Made by a program: the position numbers and the translations under genes. DNA of 64,000 bases from an uncultured delta proteobacterium (GTDB lineage Bacteria; Desulfobacterota; Desulfuromonadia; Desulfuromonadales; JACZKF01): positions 96,001 through 160,000 of the forward strand of contig CAWFKQ010000016.1 of NCBI GenBank assembly GCA_963816395.1, given 5' to 3'. Shown here in pieces: positions 53,097 to 63,936 of this stretch. The notes under the pieces are model-generated. The model worked only from the letters and a program-made list of their open reading frames with translations, was not told the DNA's origin and ran no database searches. How positions within the stretch are numbered: the stretch's first letter is position 1; every line of letters begins with the position of its first letter.

Positions 53097-55032
53097 TCAG
53101 CGGAAGAAGCGCCGCAGCAGGCCCCTGCTCTCCTGCTCCCGCTTCTCCTGGAGCTGGCGCAGGCCGGCGCGGGCCAGCGGCAGGCGGGCGTCGAGCTTGA
53201 GGGCTTTGTTGAACTCGATCTCGGCCAGGGCATCCTGGCCGGCCTCGAAGAGCATCCGTCCCTTGAAAGCGAAGGCTTCGGCCGAGCGCTCCAGGGTCAG
53301 GGAGCGGTTGAGCATCTGCCGCGCCTTGTCGAGGACGGCGCGGCTGCTGGCGTTGGCCGGGTTGCGGTAGATGGCCCACGCCAGGTGCGCCAGGTAGACG
53401 CCGTTTTCCGGCTCGATGTTGCAGGCGTCCTGCAGCGCCTTCTCGGCGCTGTCCCATTCCGCCATCTCCAGAAACACCTTGCCCGACTGAAACTGCACCT
53501 GGGACTGGAAGCGCTCGTCCCCTTTCCGCCCCAGGCCGATCTTCTCCGCGCCGAGCAGCTCATCGTAGCGCTCCTTCTTCACCACATCGGAAAGGGTATT
53601 GTAGGCGGCGCTGACGGTGGCCAGGATCTTTTCCACCGTGGCCGCCTCCTCGCCGGAGAGCCGCATCAGGGTGTCCGGGCCGAACTCCCGGGTCAGGGCG
53701 AAATAGCCTTCCTTGAGCCGGTCGAAGGAGAAGCGCTCCTGGCTGAGGCCGAAGATCTCGTAGTAATTTTTCCCCTCCAGGGAGCCGAGGGTGTCATGCA
53801 CCCTTTTTCTCCAAAGAGGGAGACGCCGGCGGGACGACGGCGTGGGCGGGGAGGGGGAAGGGCGGATTCCCCATCAGCCTCCTCGACCAGGTCGGCGAAG
53901 CTTTCCAGCGCCCCGCGGCAGGCGGCTCGGGATTTTCTTCGACGGCATTGAAGAGCGCCCGCAGGGGGAAGTCGGCTGCCTCCGGGGTGAGCGGCGCGGC
54001 GGCGAAGCGGACCATCGCCAGCAGATGCAGGGCGCGCATCAGGGGCAGCAGCTCTTCTTCCCCGGCCAGGCTGGCGGCCAGCGTCCGGGTGCCATCGAGG
54101 CGAGTCAGCAGCAGCTTCTCCGCCGGCGACAGAAGGAGGAAGTTGGCATGGCGGAAAAATTCCCGGGTGACGGCGACATACTGCTGGTCATTGTCGGTCC
54201 GAAAGCGCCGGTCGGCCGCCGGATCCGGGTGGCGGCTCAGCCCCTGATGAAAAATTTCCGGCAGGTTGACGGTAACCAGATGCAGCTCGGCTGGCGTGGC
54301 GAAGGGGCTGGCCTGCAGCGTCATTGCCGGCTCGCCGAAGGCACTGACCAGTTCCTGGTGCAGGTAATCGAGCCTTTCCTGCTGCAGGCGGGAATAGCCC
54401 AGGCAGCCCATCTGCACCAGGCTTTCCTCCCGGCAGCCGCTGTCCAGGAAATAGTCGTACTCGGCGGTTGCGAGCAGGCCCCGGTGCTGGAGGAAATCGC
54501 CGAAGTCGCGGTGAACGAAACCGGGGTGCAGCGCCACCGGGGCGCCGGCGAGAAACAGCAGATGCCGTTCGCCGCTGCCGTTGCGCAGCAGGAAGCGGCC
54601 GGAGAAACGCCGGGTAAAGGCCTGCTGCAGGTAGCGGGGGAAGGGGCGGGCGGGGGCGCCGGCGGCGGGGAGGAGCTGGTGCAGGGCGCCCAGCAGTTCC
54701 TCGGGGCGGAAGGGTTTCTCCAGGCAGTGCCGGACTCCCAGGTTCCGCACCGCCTGCAGGGGGCTTTCGCCCTGCCGGTCGCCGGTCATGACCACCACCG
54801 GCAAGTTTCTGGCAAGCGGCGACCGGCGCAGCTTCTCCAGCACCTCGAGGCCGCTCAGTTTGGCCAGGCGCAAATCGAGCAGCAGCAGCGCCGGCGGCGC
54901 GGCGGCAATCCGGCAGAGGGTCGCATGGCCATCCCGAACCCGTTCCACGGTCAGCCCGCGGCGCTGCAGAAAGTTCTCCAGCATGGCGGCAAACTGATCG
55001 TTCTCTTCGGCGATCAGGATTTTGGGTCCCAT
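53097..55032 (-). CDS. Receiver-domain protein with J-domain-like and TPR regions, frameshifted near 53800-53910
   Basis: ILIAEEN...LLDLRL...EKP receiver; NYYEIFGL...FGPD...AAYNTLSD...YD J-like; TPR-like C-terminus. Confidence 0.75.
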
Positions 55033-55035
55033 GGC

Positions 55036-56038
55036 TCACCGTCGGTGCAGCTGGAAGCGTCGCACCGCCTTGTTATGGTCCTTGAGGTTGCTGGAGAACT
55101 GGTGACTGCCGTCGCCGCGGGCGACGAAAAAGAGATAATCGACCGCCGCCGGGAAAGCCGCCGCGCGCAGAGCGTCCTCGCCCGGACTGGCGATAGGGCC
55201 GGGGGGCAGGCCGGGGATGCGGTAGGTATTGTAGGGGGTGCGGGTGACCAGGTCGTGCCGGGTGAGGTTGCCGTCGAAGTTCTCGATGCCGTAGATCACC
55301 GTCGGATCGGCCTGGAGGGGGATGCGGCGGCGCAGTCGGTTGTGGAAGACGGCCGAAATGAGGGGCATCTCCGCCGGGCTGCCAGCTTCCTTCTGGATAA
55401 TGGAGGCCAGGGTAACCAGCTGATGCAGGCTCATCCCCTGTGCCGTGGCCGCCGCCAGCAGCTCGGCCGACAGATGCTCGCGGAATTGGTGCACCATGGC
55501 TCGCAGCAAGGTGCGCGGTGTCATGCCGCGTGCAAAATAATAGGTTTCGGGGAAGAGATAGCCTTCCAGAGAAGTGGACCTCGATCCCCAGGGAGGCGAG
55601 AAACTCCGGGTCCGCCGCCGCCTGTATGATCTCCTGGGCCGCCCCGAGGCCTTCGGCTTCCAGGCGGCCGGCGATCTCCCGCAGGGTCAGCCCCTCGGGG
55701 ATGGTGAAGCGGTGGCGCTGCACGTCGCCGGCGACCAGCCGATCAAGCACGGTGCCGGGGGTAGCGGGAATGGTGAAGCCGTATTCCCCCGCCTGGGTGC
55801 GCCGGACATCGCCGCGCAGGTGGGCCAGCAGCTTGAACTTGCCGGCATCGGCGACCACCCCGGCAGCCTGCAGATTTTCAGCCACCTCCTGGAACGGTGC
55901 CCCGGACGGCACCGTCACCACCACGGGCGAGGGAGGAGTAAGGGGACGGTAGAGGAACAGGCCGAAGGAGACGGCGTACCAGGCCGCCAGCAAAAACGGC
56001 GGAACAAGGAGAAGATAGAGGGCGGGGCGCTTGATCAT
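55036..56038 (-). CDS. mltG: Endolytic transglycosylase MltG, frameshift near 55580
   Basis: TIPEG, LASIIQKE, VFHNRL, LQADPT, PYNTY..GLPPGPI. Confidence 0.92.
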
Positions 56039-56123
56039 CGGCGGCAGAACCGGTAAGGCTGGAAAAAGGCTGGAAATTCCCGCCATCTTAGGGAATGGGC
56101 GAGGACAAGTCAAGGACGGGCGC

Positions 56124-56711
56124 TCAGGCCCGGAAGCGGTTTTCGCTGCCGTTGACCAGCCGCTGGATGTTGCTGCGGTGGCGAAGCACCACCAGGGCGC
56201 TGATCAGCAGGGCGGCCAGAAAGAGGGGAAGCGAACGCTCGGCCCAGAAGAGCAGAAAAGGGAGGATGCTGGCTGCCGTGAGGGAGGCGAGGGAGATGTA
56301 CCGCCATTTCCAGAGCACCAGGGCGAACGTGGCCAGCGCCCCCAGGACCGCCAGCGGTGAAAGGACCAGGTAGATACCGAGGCCCGTTGCCACCCCCTTT
56401 CCCCCCTTGAACAGGAGGTAGACGGGAAAACAGTGGCCGAGAAAGATCACCAGTGCTGTCGCTCCCACCTGCAGGGGCGGATAACGGTGGGACAGGACCA
56501 CATACAGCATCGGCAGCAGCCCCTTGAGGGTATCGCCCAGCAGGGTGAGGATACCCAGCCGCCGTCCCGCCACCCGGTAGACGTTGGAGGCGCCGATATT
56601 GCCGCTGCCGGCCTGGCGGACGTCGCCGACCCCGGCCAGGCGCGTGAGGATGACGCCGGTCGGGATGGCGCCGATCAGGTAACCGGCGAGGAGCAGCAGG
56701 GGAAAGCTCAC
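56124..56711 (-). CDS. plsY: Glycerol-3-phosphate acyltransferase PlsY
   Basis: GSGNIGASNV, GH..P...FKGGKGVAT, YISLAS, RHRSNIQRL. Confidence 0.96.
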   Translation of the reverse strand: MSFPLLLLAGYLIGAIPTGVILTRLAGVGDVRQAGSGNIGASNVYRVAGRRLGILTLLGDTLKGLLPMLYVVLSHRYPPLQVGATALVIFLGHCFPVYLLFKGGKGVATGLGIYLVLSPLAVLGALATFALVLWKWRYISLASLTAASILPFLLFWAERSLPLFLAALLISALVVLRHRSNIQRLVNGSENRFRA

Positions 56712-57006
56712 GGTGGACTCCAGAGTAGAAAAGCGGCCGCTTCTTCATCATGGGAAAGGCTTGGGGCGAGAAGGGGTTGCGACCTGCCCCGGGAACGAAT
56801 CCGGCGGTCACAGTTACCATGATTCTCCCGGAAAAGCAAGTTGTTTCAAGGTTTAGGGGGGCCGGCGAAGGTCCATCCACTCCGGACTGGGGCTGGCTCG
56901 AATGCGGAGAAAATGGTGGGTTTTCGAACCGGAAACGATTGGATTTTTCGATTCTTGGCCGTCAAGCCTGCCCTTCGGGGGGGGCGGGCACTCGCGCTCT
57001 CAATGG

Positions 57007-58413
57007 TCATCTGCTTTGCGGCTTCACCGGGGTGCGCAGCGAGTAGAGGAAGGCAATCAGCATGTCCTGTCCTTCGGCGCTGAGTCGTGCAAACCGGGTC
57101 CTCGATTTTTCCGCTTCGCCGCCGTGCAGCACAATGGCGTCCTTCAGCGTGGTGGCTCTGCCGTCGTGCAGGTAGGGCGCGGAATCGCGTACTCCCCAGA
57201 GCCGCGCCGTGATGAATTCCCGGTTCGTCCTGTCGCTCACCTGATCAAAGGATTCGGCCAGTTCATCCCCCATGTCATGTCTCTTCAGGTCCGAAAAGAG
57301 GGAAACGATCAGACCGCCTTTGCCGTCGGACAAGAACCCCGCACTTTCGCCGAGATCCTGCGCAAGATAGACGTTTTCCTCCGGATCGGTTGCAACCTCC
57401 GGATAGGCGTAGTTCAGCAGGCGGCTTTCCGTCTGCAGGTTGGGGATGTGACAGTCGGCGCAGCCGATCCGCGTGAACAGATCGAAGCCGCGCAGGGTTC
57501 CCGCGGTCGGATTCTCCATGATCGGCTGCGGCAGGGAAGTCACCCCGATGTGCACCGCCGAGACCTCGCCCACCAGGACTTCCCTGCTGACCCCATCGCC
57601 ATCGGCATCCTCGTCGCCGACGATTTCCACCGGCTGCATGCCGAGATGGAACTGCAGGGCGTTCAGGGCAAAATTTCGGACGGTGGGAAATTCCCCCTTG
57701 CGCCCGAAGGGCCGGACAACGAGATCTTCATCGATTCCCTGAATTCCGGAGGGATCGATGCGGCCGCTTTCGTCGGCGGTAATCTCTCCGAAATCAACCG
57801 ATTTGCTCTTCAGCCGAACCCGCTTCCCGGGGTGGTCGACGGCGAATTTTTTCAGTCCCTGGAGTTCGGCGGTCATTTCCTTGGCCAGCAGTTCAATGCC
57901 GCCGGCGCCGAACAGAAAAGGCGGATTGATGAAGCGGCCGTTGAACTCACCGGGATTCCCTTCCGCGACATCGATATAACTCGGCATGAGGATAGCGTTG
58001 GCATTGGCCCCCGCCATCCCGCCGACCCCGAAGATCGGTGGAATGCGGGAATTTCTGACGATGAAATGGCATTCCACGCAGGTCTGGGCATCCAGCCCGT
58101 TCACCCGCAGGAACGTGCCGTTCTTCTGCAGCGAGGGGCGATTGCCCAACAGCCTGGGATCGCCCTCCTGCGCATAATAATCACCGTCTCCATAGCCGTC
58201 ATATTTGTTGAAGGGGGTCGCGAACAACCGTAAGCCGATCGACCGGATCGCCTCCACAGACAATTCGCTCTCTACTTGTTTTTGGGTGACCCGTTGTTCC
58301 AACGGACCCCGATTGGGTCCCTCGGCTGTTCTCGTCTGCGCGGCTGCAGTACTCCCCAGGGCCAGGAAGAAAATGACGGCAAAAGGCAGATTCCTGCCGA
58401 TTTCACGCTTCAT
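57007..58413 (-). CDS. Exported di-haem oxidoreductase (DHOR-like) protein
   Basis: Signal peptide; CVECH and CADCH; FSDLKRHDMG, TARLWG, PYLHDGRA, HGGEA. Confidence 0.85.
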   Translation of the reverse strand: MKREIGRNLPFAVIFFLALGSTAAAQTRTAEGPNRGPLEQRVTQKQVESELSVEAIRSIGLRLFATPFNKYDGYGDGDYYAQEGDPRLLGNRPSLQKNGTFLRVNGLDAQTCVECHFIVRNSRIPPIFGVGGMAGANANAILMPSYIDVAEGNPGEFNGRFINPPFLFGAGGIELLAKEMTAELQGLKKFAVDHPGKRVRLKSKSVDFGEITADESGRIDPSGIQGIDEDLVVRPFGRKGEFPTVRNFALNALQFHLGMQPVEIVGDEDADGDGVSREVLVGEVSAVHIGVTSLPQPIMENPTAGTLRGFDLFTRIGCADCHIPNLQTESRLLNYAYPEVATDPEENVYLAQDLGESAGFLSDGKGGLIVSLFSDLKRHDMGDELAESFDQVSDRTNREFITARLWGVRDSAPYLHDGRATTLKDAIVLHGGEAEKSRTRFARLSAEGQDMLIAFLYSLRTPVKPQSR

Positions 58414-58585
58414 GAATCCTCCCGGATCGCGACTGAACGGCCCGATATCTCATGAGTAAACTTAAACTCTTCAGATGTTGTTTACAGTAGCCTTCTCCTT
58501 TGTCAAGTTAGGTGGAGAAGCCGGATGGTCATGAAATCCTGGGCCGCCGGCGACTCTTACTGGATCATCGTCCTATCGGCCCTGC

Positions 58586-59788
58586 TCAGCCGAGCCGTTC
58601 GATCACGGTGGCAATCCCCTGGCCGCCGCCGATGCAGGCCGCAGCGCAGCCGAGCCGCCCCTGTCGCGCCTGCAGGGTGCGGGCCAGGGTGCCGAGGAGG
58701 CGGACGCCGGTGGCGCCGAGCGGGTGGCCGATGGCGATGGCGCCGCCGTGCACGTTGATCCGCTCGGCCGGGATGGCCAGCTCGCGGGCGGCGTTCAGGA
58801 CGACGACGCTGAAGGCTTCGTTGATCTCCCAGAAATCGATGTCCGCCGGTTGGAGACCGGCTTTTTCCAGGGCCATGCGGGCCGCCGGTACGGGTCCCGT
58901 CCCCATCAGGGTGGGATCGACGCCGGCAAAACCGAGAGAGCGGACGGCGGCCAAGGGGGCAATCCCCTTCTTTTCGGCGGTTTTCCGGGACATGAGCAGC
59001 AGCGAACTGGCCCCGGCGTTCAGGGGGGAGGAATTGCCGGCGGTGATGACGCCGTCCTCCCGGAAGACCGGCTTCAGCTGGGCCATGTCCTCCGGTCGCA
59101 CCTCGCTCCGTATCCCCTGATCGCGGTCGACCTGCATGACCGATCCGTCGGCCTGGCGGGCCGCGATCGGCAGGATCTCCCCGGCGAGAAAGCCCGCCGC
59201 CTGCGCCTCGGCGGCCCGCCGGTGGGAGCGGGCGCCCCAGCGGTCGAGCTCCTCGCGTGAGATGCCGGTGCGGGCGCAGAGCTTTTCCGCCGTCAGCCCC
59301 ATGTTCATGGCGGTGGCCAGGTCCCAGTGCCCGAAGCGCTCTTCCTGGTAAAGACGGGGGTTGAGGGAAAGCGTCCCCTGCTCGAACAGGGTGGGGCCGA
59401 CGGGCACTCTCCCCATGTGCTCCATTCCCGCGGCCAGGACGATGTCGGCATAGCCCGTGGCAATCTCCAGGAACCCGGCGTGGACTGCGGCCATGCTCGA
59501 ACCGCACTGCTGGTCGATGAAGCGGCTCGGAACCCGGGCGGGCAGATTGGCCAGGAAAAGAGGGGTGCGGCCGCCGAAGGTCCACTGCTCACTCACCCCG
59601 AGCGCCGAGCCGACCAGGAAATCATCCAGCTCCTCCCCGGCCGTACCGGCCCTTTTCAGCAGCTCCGGAACCAGCGCGGCCAGCAGATCGTCGGCGCGCA
59701 GGCTGGAGAAGCAGTCCCGCCCCGGGTCACCGGGGCGGACCCGGGAGAAGGGGGTGCGCACATATGCGGCGATGACGACATCCTGCAT
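58586..59788 (-). CDS. Acyl-CoA thiolase (C-acyltransferase)
   Basis: DQQCGSS, NEAFS, GHPLGATG, CIGGGQG; start MQDVV at 59788. Confidence 0.93.
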   Translation of the reverse strand: MQDVVIAAYVRTPFSRVRPGDPGRDCFSSLRADDLLAALVPELLKRAGTAGEELDDFLVGSALGVSEQWTFGGRTPLFLANLPARVPSRFIDQQCGSSMAAVHAGFLEIATGYADIVLAAGMEHMGRVPVGPTLFEQGTLSLNPRLYQEERFGHWDLATAMNMGLTAEKLCARTGISREELDRWGARSHRRAAEAQAAGFLAGEILPIAARQADGSVMQVDRDQGIRSEVRPEDMAQLKPVFREDGVITAGNSSPLNAGASSLLLMSRKTAEKKGIAPLAAVRSLGFAGVDPTLMGTGPVPAARMALEKAGLQPADIDFWEINEAFSVVVLNAARELAIPAERINVHGGAIAIGHPLGATGVRLLGTLARTLQARQGRLGCAAACIGGGQGIATVIERLG

Positions 59789-59884
59789 GGGTTCTCCTTG
59801 GACAATAGCAAGGATCATCCTGCCGCGGAAAAATCTGATCATCAATCTTCACGGCCGGTCGCCTTGGCGTTTTTGATCGGCACT

Positions 59885-61154
59885 CTATTCCGCCAGGCCG
59901 CACCAGCGGGATAGAAACAGCGCATACGCCCGGGCGACCTGCTGCAGGCTGTCGATACGCACCCGTTCGTTGGCGCCGTGGATCTCTTCGGCCACCGGGC
60001 CGTAGCAGGTCCCCTGTGCCCGGCCGAAGAAATGAAAGGCCCGCAGGTCGGTGGTGCAGGTGGAGACGTAGCTGGCGGCGTCGCGGCCGGTCAGGCTCCG
60101 GTGGCAGCCGTTCAGGGTCGCCAGGGCGGGCAGGTCGCGGCTGAGGGTGTGGCCCTCGGAGCGAAAGGCGTAGAACTCCACCTCCGGGGGATGGCGTACC
60201 AGCCACGGGTCCTCCCGCGCGGCCCCGGCGACGGCGTCCCGGATGCGGGTGCAGGTCTGCTCATAGGAGACGCCGGGGAAAAAGGCGAGGCGGCCGTGGA
60301 ATTCGGCGGCCGCCGGGACGGTGGAGGGCCAGTCGCCGCCGCGGACGATGCCGATGTTCAGGTTGAGGGGGTGCGCCAGTTCCCGGTATTCCGGGGGGCG
60401 CGCCTCGGCGTTCATCGCCGCTTCCAGGCGGCGCAGGGCGGCGATCAGCGGAAAGATGCGTTCGATGGCGTTTTCTCCCGCCGCGGTGTCCTGGACGTGG
60501 CCGGGAACGCCGCGCAGGCGCACCTTGAACCACAGGACCCCGACCTGGGCGGTGTAGAGGGTGGGGCCGAAAGGTTCGGGGATGAGCACCGCATCGGCGT
60601 CGTAGCCGGCCGCCAGGCAGGCCAGTGTTCCATTGCCGCAGCATTCCTCTTCGATCACCGCCTCCAGGGTCACCGGCGCTCGCAACCCGAACCCGGCCCT
60701 CTCCACGGCATGCAGCGCGTAAACCATGGCCGCCACGCCCCCCTTCATGTCCCCGGCGCCGCGGCCGTAGAGCCAGCCGTCACGGACCACCGGGGTGAAG
60801 GGATCGGTTTCCCAGAGATCCGCCGGCTCGGGGCTGACCACGTCCAGGTGGCCGTTGAACAGCGCGCTTTTGCCGCCGCTGGCGTCCGCCGGCCGCACCG
60901 CCGCCAGGTTGCAGCGTCCCGCGTAGCTCCAGGGCACCGGGGCGAAACCGGCATGTCCGGCGAGGGCGGACGGGATCGATCGCCACCCGTTCGGGCGGCA
61001 AACCGAGGTCCTGCAGGGCCTCCTCCATCACCGCCAGGGCGCCGGCCTCGTTCTCCAGCGTGCTCGGCTGGCGCACCAGCCGGCAGGTCAGGTCGAGGAT
61101 GTCCTCGGCCAGGGCGTCGACGGCGGCGACGATCTTCTCTTCGCGGGCGTCCAT
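59885..61154 (-). CDS. ArgE/DapE-family M20 deacylase, frameshift near 60965
   Basis: FNGHLDVV, GRGAGDMKGG, IEEE, IPEP, IHGANE. Confidence 0.9.
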
Positions 61155-61170
61155 GCCTGCTCCTTCCCCT

Positions 61171-61821
61171 TCAGAATCGCGGCATCTTCCCGTCGGCGAT
61201 CAGCAGCGGCGCCGCCGTCTTCTCCCGCACCTCCTCCGGGCTCGACTCGCCGGCCACCTCCCGCAGCAGCAGGCCCCGAGGGGTGACGTCGATGACCGCC
61301 AGTTCGGTGATGATGGTGCCGACGCAGGCTTTTGCGGTCAGCGGCAGGGTGCAGCGCTCGAGAATCTTGGGCTTTCCCTCCCGGGTGGTGTGCGCGGTGG
61401 TGACCACCACCCGGCGCGCTTTCTGCGCCAGCTCCATGCCGCCGCCGATCCCCGGCGTCAGCTGCCCCGGAATGGTCCAGTTGGCCAGGTCGCCGCCAGC
61501 GGAGACCTCCAGGGTGCCGAGGAAGGTGATGTCCACCCGCCCGCCGCGAATGATGGCAAAGGAGACGGCGCTGTCGAAAAAGGCGGCCCCCGGGGCCAGG
61601 GTGACGTAATTGGCGCCGGCGTCGATCAGGTTGCGGTCCTCGTCGCCGTTGCGGCAGCGCGGGCCGATGCCGAGGATGCCGTTTTCGGACTGGATGAACA
61701 CCTCGCAGCCGGCGGGCAGGTAGTCGGGAATCATGGTGGGGATGCCGATCCCCAGATTGATGACCTGTCCCGCGCGAATCTCCTGCGCCGCCCGGGCGGC
61801 GATCTTCTCCTTAGCGGACAT
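61171..61821 (-). CDS. CoA-transferase beta subunit
   Basis: NLGIGIP, QSENG, GDLANW, GIGGGMEL. Confidence 0.93.
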   Translation of the reverse strand: MSAKEKIAARAAQEIRAGQVINLGIGIPTMIPDYLPAGCEVFIQSENGILGIGPRCRNGDEDRNLIDAGANYVTLAPGAAFFDSAVSFAIIRGGRVDITFLGTLEVSAGGDLANWTIPGQLTPGIGGGMELAQKARRVVVTTAHTTREGKPKILERCTLPLTAKACVGTIITELAVIDVTPRGLLLREVAGESSPEEVREKTAAPLLIADGKMPRF

Positions 61822-62506
61822 GCTGCGGCAGGACTCCGTAGTCGGGGGTGAGTTCGTCCAGCAGGACGAGGTGATCGACGAAGGCGCCGGGCAGGTGAAT
61901 CCGGTCGGGCGCCAGCTCGCCGGTGGCGACGACCTCTTCGACCTCGACGATGACGGTTTCGGCAGCGGTGGCCATCAGCGGGGAGAAATTGCGGGCCGAT
62001 TTTGCAAAGACCAGGTTGCCCGCCCGGTCGGCTGCCGCCGCGTGGATCAACGCCACGTCGGCGCGCAGGGCTTCCTCCAGCAGCGCCTCGCGCCCATTGA
62101 GGCAGATCACCTGCCGCCGCTCCCGCAAAAGGGTGTCCAGCCCGATATCGGTGAGAACACCGAGCAGACCGGCCCCCCCGGCGCGGATCTTCTCCGCCAG
62201 AATCCCCTGCGGAAAGAGTTCGACCTCGATCTCGCCGCGGTTCATCATGGCGACCGCCAGGGGATTCAGGCCGATGTGCGAGGCGATCAGCCGCCGCACT
62301 CGCCCGGCCTCGAGCAGCCGGGAGATCCCCGTCCCCGGCTCATTGGCGTCATTTTTCACCAGGGTGAGGTTGCCGACGCCCCGCGCCGCCAGGCGCTCGA
62401 GCAGGGTAAAGGGGGTGCCGGGCGCGCCGAAGCCGCCGACCATGACCGTCTGGCCGTCGCGCACCCGCTCCAGGGCGCTGTCGATGGAGGTCGTCTTGTC
62501 GATCAT
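61811..62506 (-). CDS. CoA-transferase alpha subunit
   Basis: VMVGGFG, SHIGLNP, PQGILAEKIRAGG, ARNFSP; start MIDKT at 62506. Confidence 0.93.
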   Translation of the reverse strand: MIDKTTSIDSALERVRDGQTVMVGGFGAPGTPFTLLERLAARGVGNLTLVKNDANEPGTGISRLLEAGRVRRLIASHIGLNPLAVAMMNRGEIEVELFPQGILAEKIRAGGAGLLGVLTDIGLDTLLRERRQVICLNGREALLEEALRADVALIHAAAADRAGNLVFAKSARNFSPLMATAAETVIVEVEEVVATGELAPDRIHLPGAFVDHLVLLDELTPDYGVLPQHVR

Positions 62507-62559
62507 TTTGATCCAACATCCACTTCCTTTTATCCTGTTTTTTACGTAAGTAGTTGTTT

Positions 62560-63936
62560 TCACAGGGTGACTCCCTTTTCCCGCAGCCCGGCTGCGGTGC
62601 GGGTGAGCGCCCGGTCCAGCAGTTCCAGCAGCTCGCCGATCTCCCGGCGGGTGACGATCAGGGGCGGCGCCACCATCACGTGATCGCCCCGCAGACCATT
62701 GAGGGAGCGGCGCGGGTAGACGATCAGCCCCTCCTCGTAGGCCAGGTCCGTCAGCAGAAAGTGGGCGTTCCACTCGGCGGGAAAAGGCTCGCGGGTCTTG
62801 CGGTCGCGCACCAGTTCGAGAGCCATGAGCAGCCCCTTTCCCCGCACATCGCCGATGATTTCGTGCTTTTTCTTCAGCCGGTCCAGACCGTTTTTCAGGG
62901 ATTGCCCCATCACCGCGGCATTCTCCGGCAGGCTGTTCTCGGTGATCACCTGGAGGACCTCGAGGCCGACCGCGCAGCCCATGGGGTTCCCGGCCAGGGT
63001 GTGGCCGTGGAAGAAGCCGCCGTTCGCCAGCATCTCCTCCACGTATTCGGTGCGCGCGGCGATGCCGCCCAAGGGGTAATAGCCGGCGGTCATCCCCTTG
63101 GACATGACCACGATATCCGCTTCCACGCCCCAGTGCTCGTAGGCGAACATCTTCCCGGTGCGGCCAAAGCCCGTCATCACCTCATCGAGGATGAGAAAGA
63201 TGCCGTACTTGCGGCAGATCTGCTGGATGACTTCGAAGTACCGCGGGGGCGGGACTGCCGCCCCGGTGCTGGCGCCGCCGATCGGCTCGGCGATGAAACC
63301 GGCGATGCTTTCCGGCCCCTCCTCCTGGATGGCTTTCTCCAGTTCCCAGGCGCATTGCAGATTGCAGGCCGGACGCTTGTGATGCGGGCAGCGGTAGCAA
63401 TAGGGCGCCTGAATTTTCGGGTGGGCCTGAATCATGGCCCGGAAAGGAATTTCCAGCGGGGCATAGGAGGTCAGGGACAGCGCTCCCAGCGTCGAGCCGT
63501 GATAGGACGGACGGCGGCTGATGAACTGCTGCCGCGATTTTTCACCGCGGTTGAAAAAATACTGCCGGCACAGCTTGATGGCCGCCTCCACCGCCTCCGA
63601 GCCGCTGGAGACGAAGAAGATCCGCTGCAGGTGCGGCGCCAGATTTTTCGCCAATTCGGCGGCGTAGCGATGGGCGGGCTCGTTCTCGAACTGGGTGCGG
63701 TAGGCGAACACCGCCTTGCGCGCCTGGTCGGCGAGCCGGTTCGCCACCCGGAAATTGCCGTGGCCGATGTTGCAGGTGACGGCGCCGGAGCTGCCGTCCA
63801 GGTATTTTTTTCCGGTGTGATCCCAGATGTAGATGCCTTCGGCCCGCTCGATGAACGGCAGCTTCTTGCGTGACTGGTAAAACAGGTGGTCGGTGCTGAA
63901 GGTCTCCAGGTGCTCCATGGCCGGCATATACTTCAT
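62560..63936 (-). CDS. Class III PLP aminotransferase
   Basis: YLDGSSG, SSGSEAVE, SYHGST, IAEP, DEVMTGFGRTG, MSKG, HGHT. Confidence 0.95.
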   Translation of the reverse strand: MKYMPAMEHLETFSTDHLFYQSRKKLPFIERAEGIYIWDHTGKKYLDGSSGAVTCNIGHGNFRVANRLADQARKAVFAYRTQFENEPAHRYAAELAKNLAPHLQRIFFVSSGSEAVEAAIKLCRQYFFNRGEKSRQQFISRRPSYHGSTLGALSLTSYAPLEIPFRAMIQAHPKIQAPYCYRCPHHKRPACNLQCAWELEKAIQEEGPESIAGFIAEPIGGASTGAAVPPPRYFEVIQQICRKYGIFLILDEVMTGFGRTGKMFAYEHWGVEADIVVMSKGMTAGYYPLGGIAARTEYVEEMLANGGFFHGHTLAGNPMGCAVGLEVLQVITENSLPENAAVMGQSLKNGLDRLKKKHEIIGDVRGKGLLMALELVRDRKTREPFPAEWNAHFLLTDLAYEEGLIVYPRRSLNGLRGDHVMVAPPLIVTRREIGELLELLDRALTRTAAGLREKGVTL

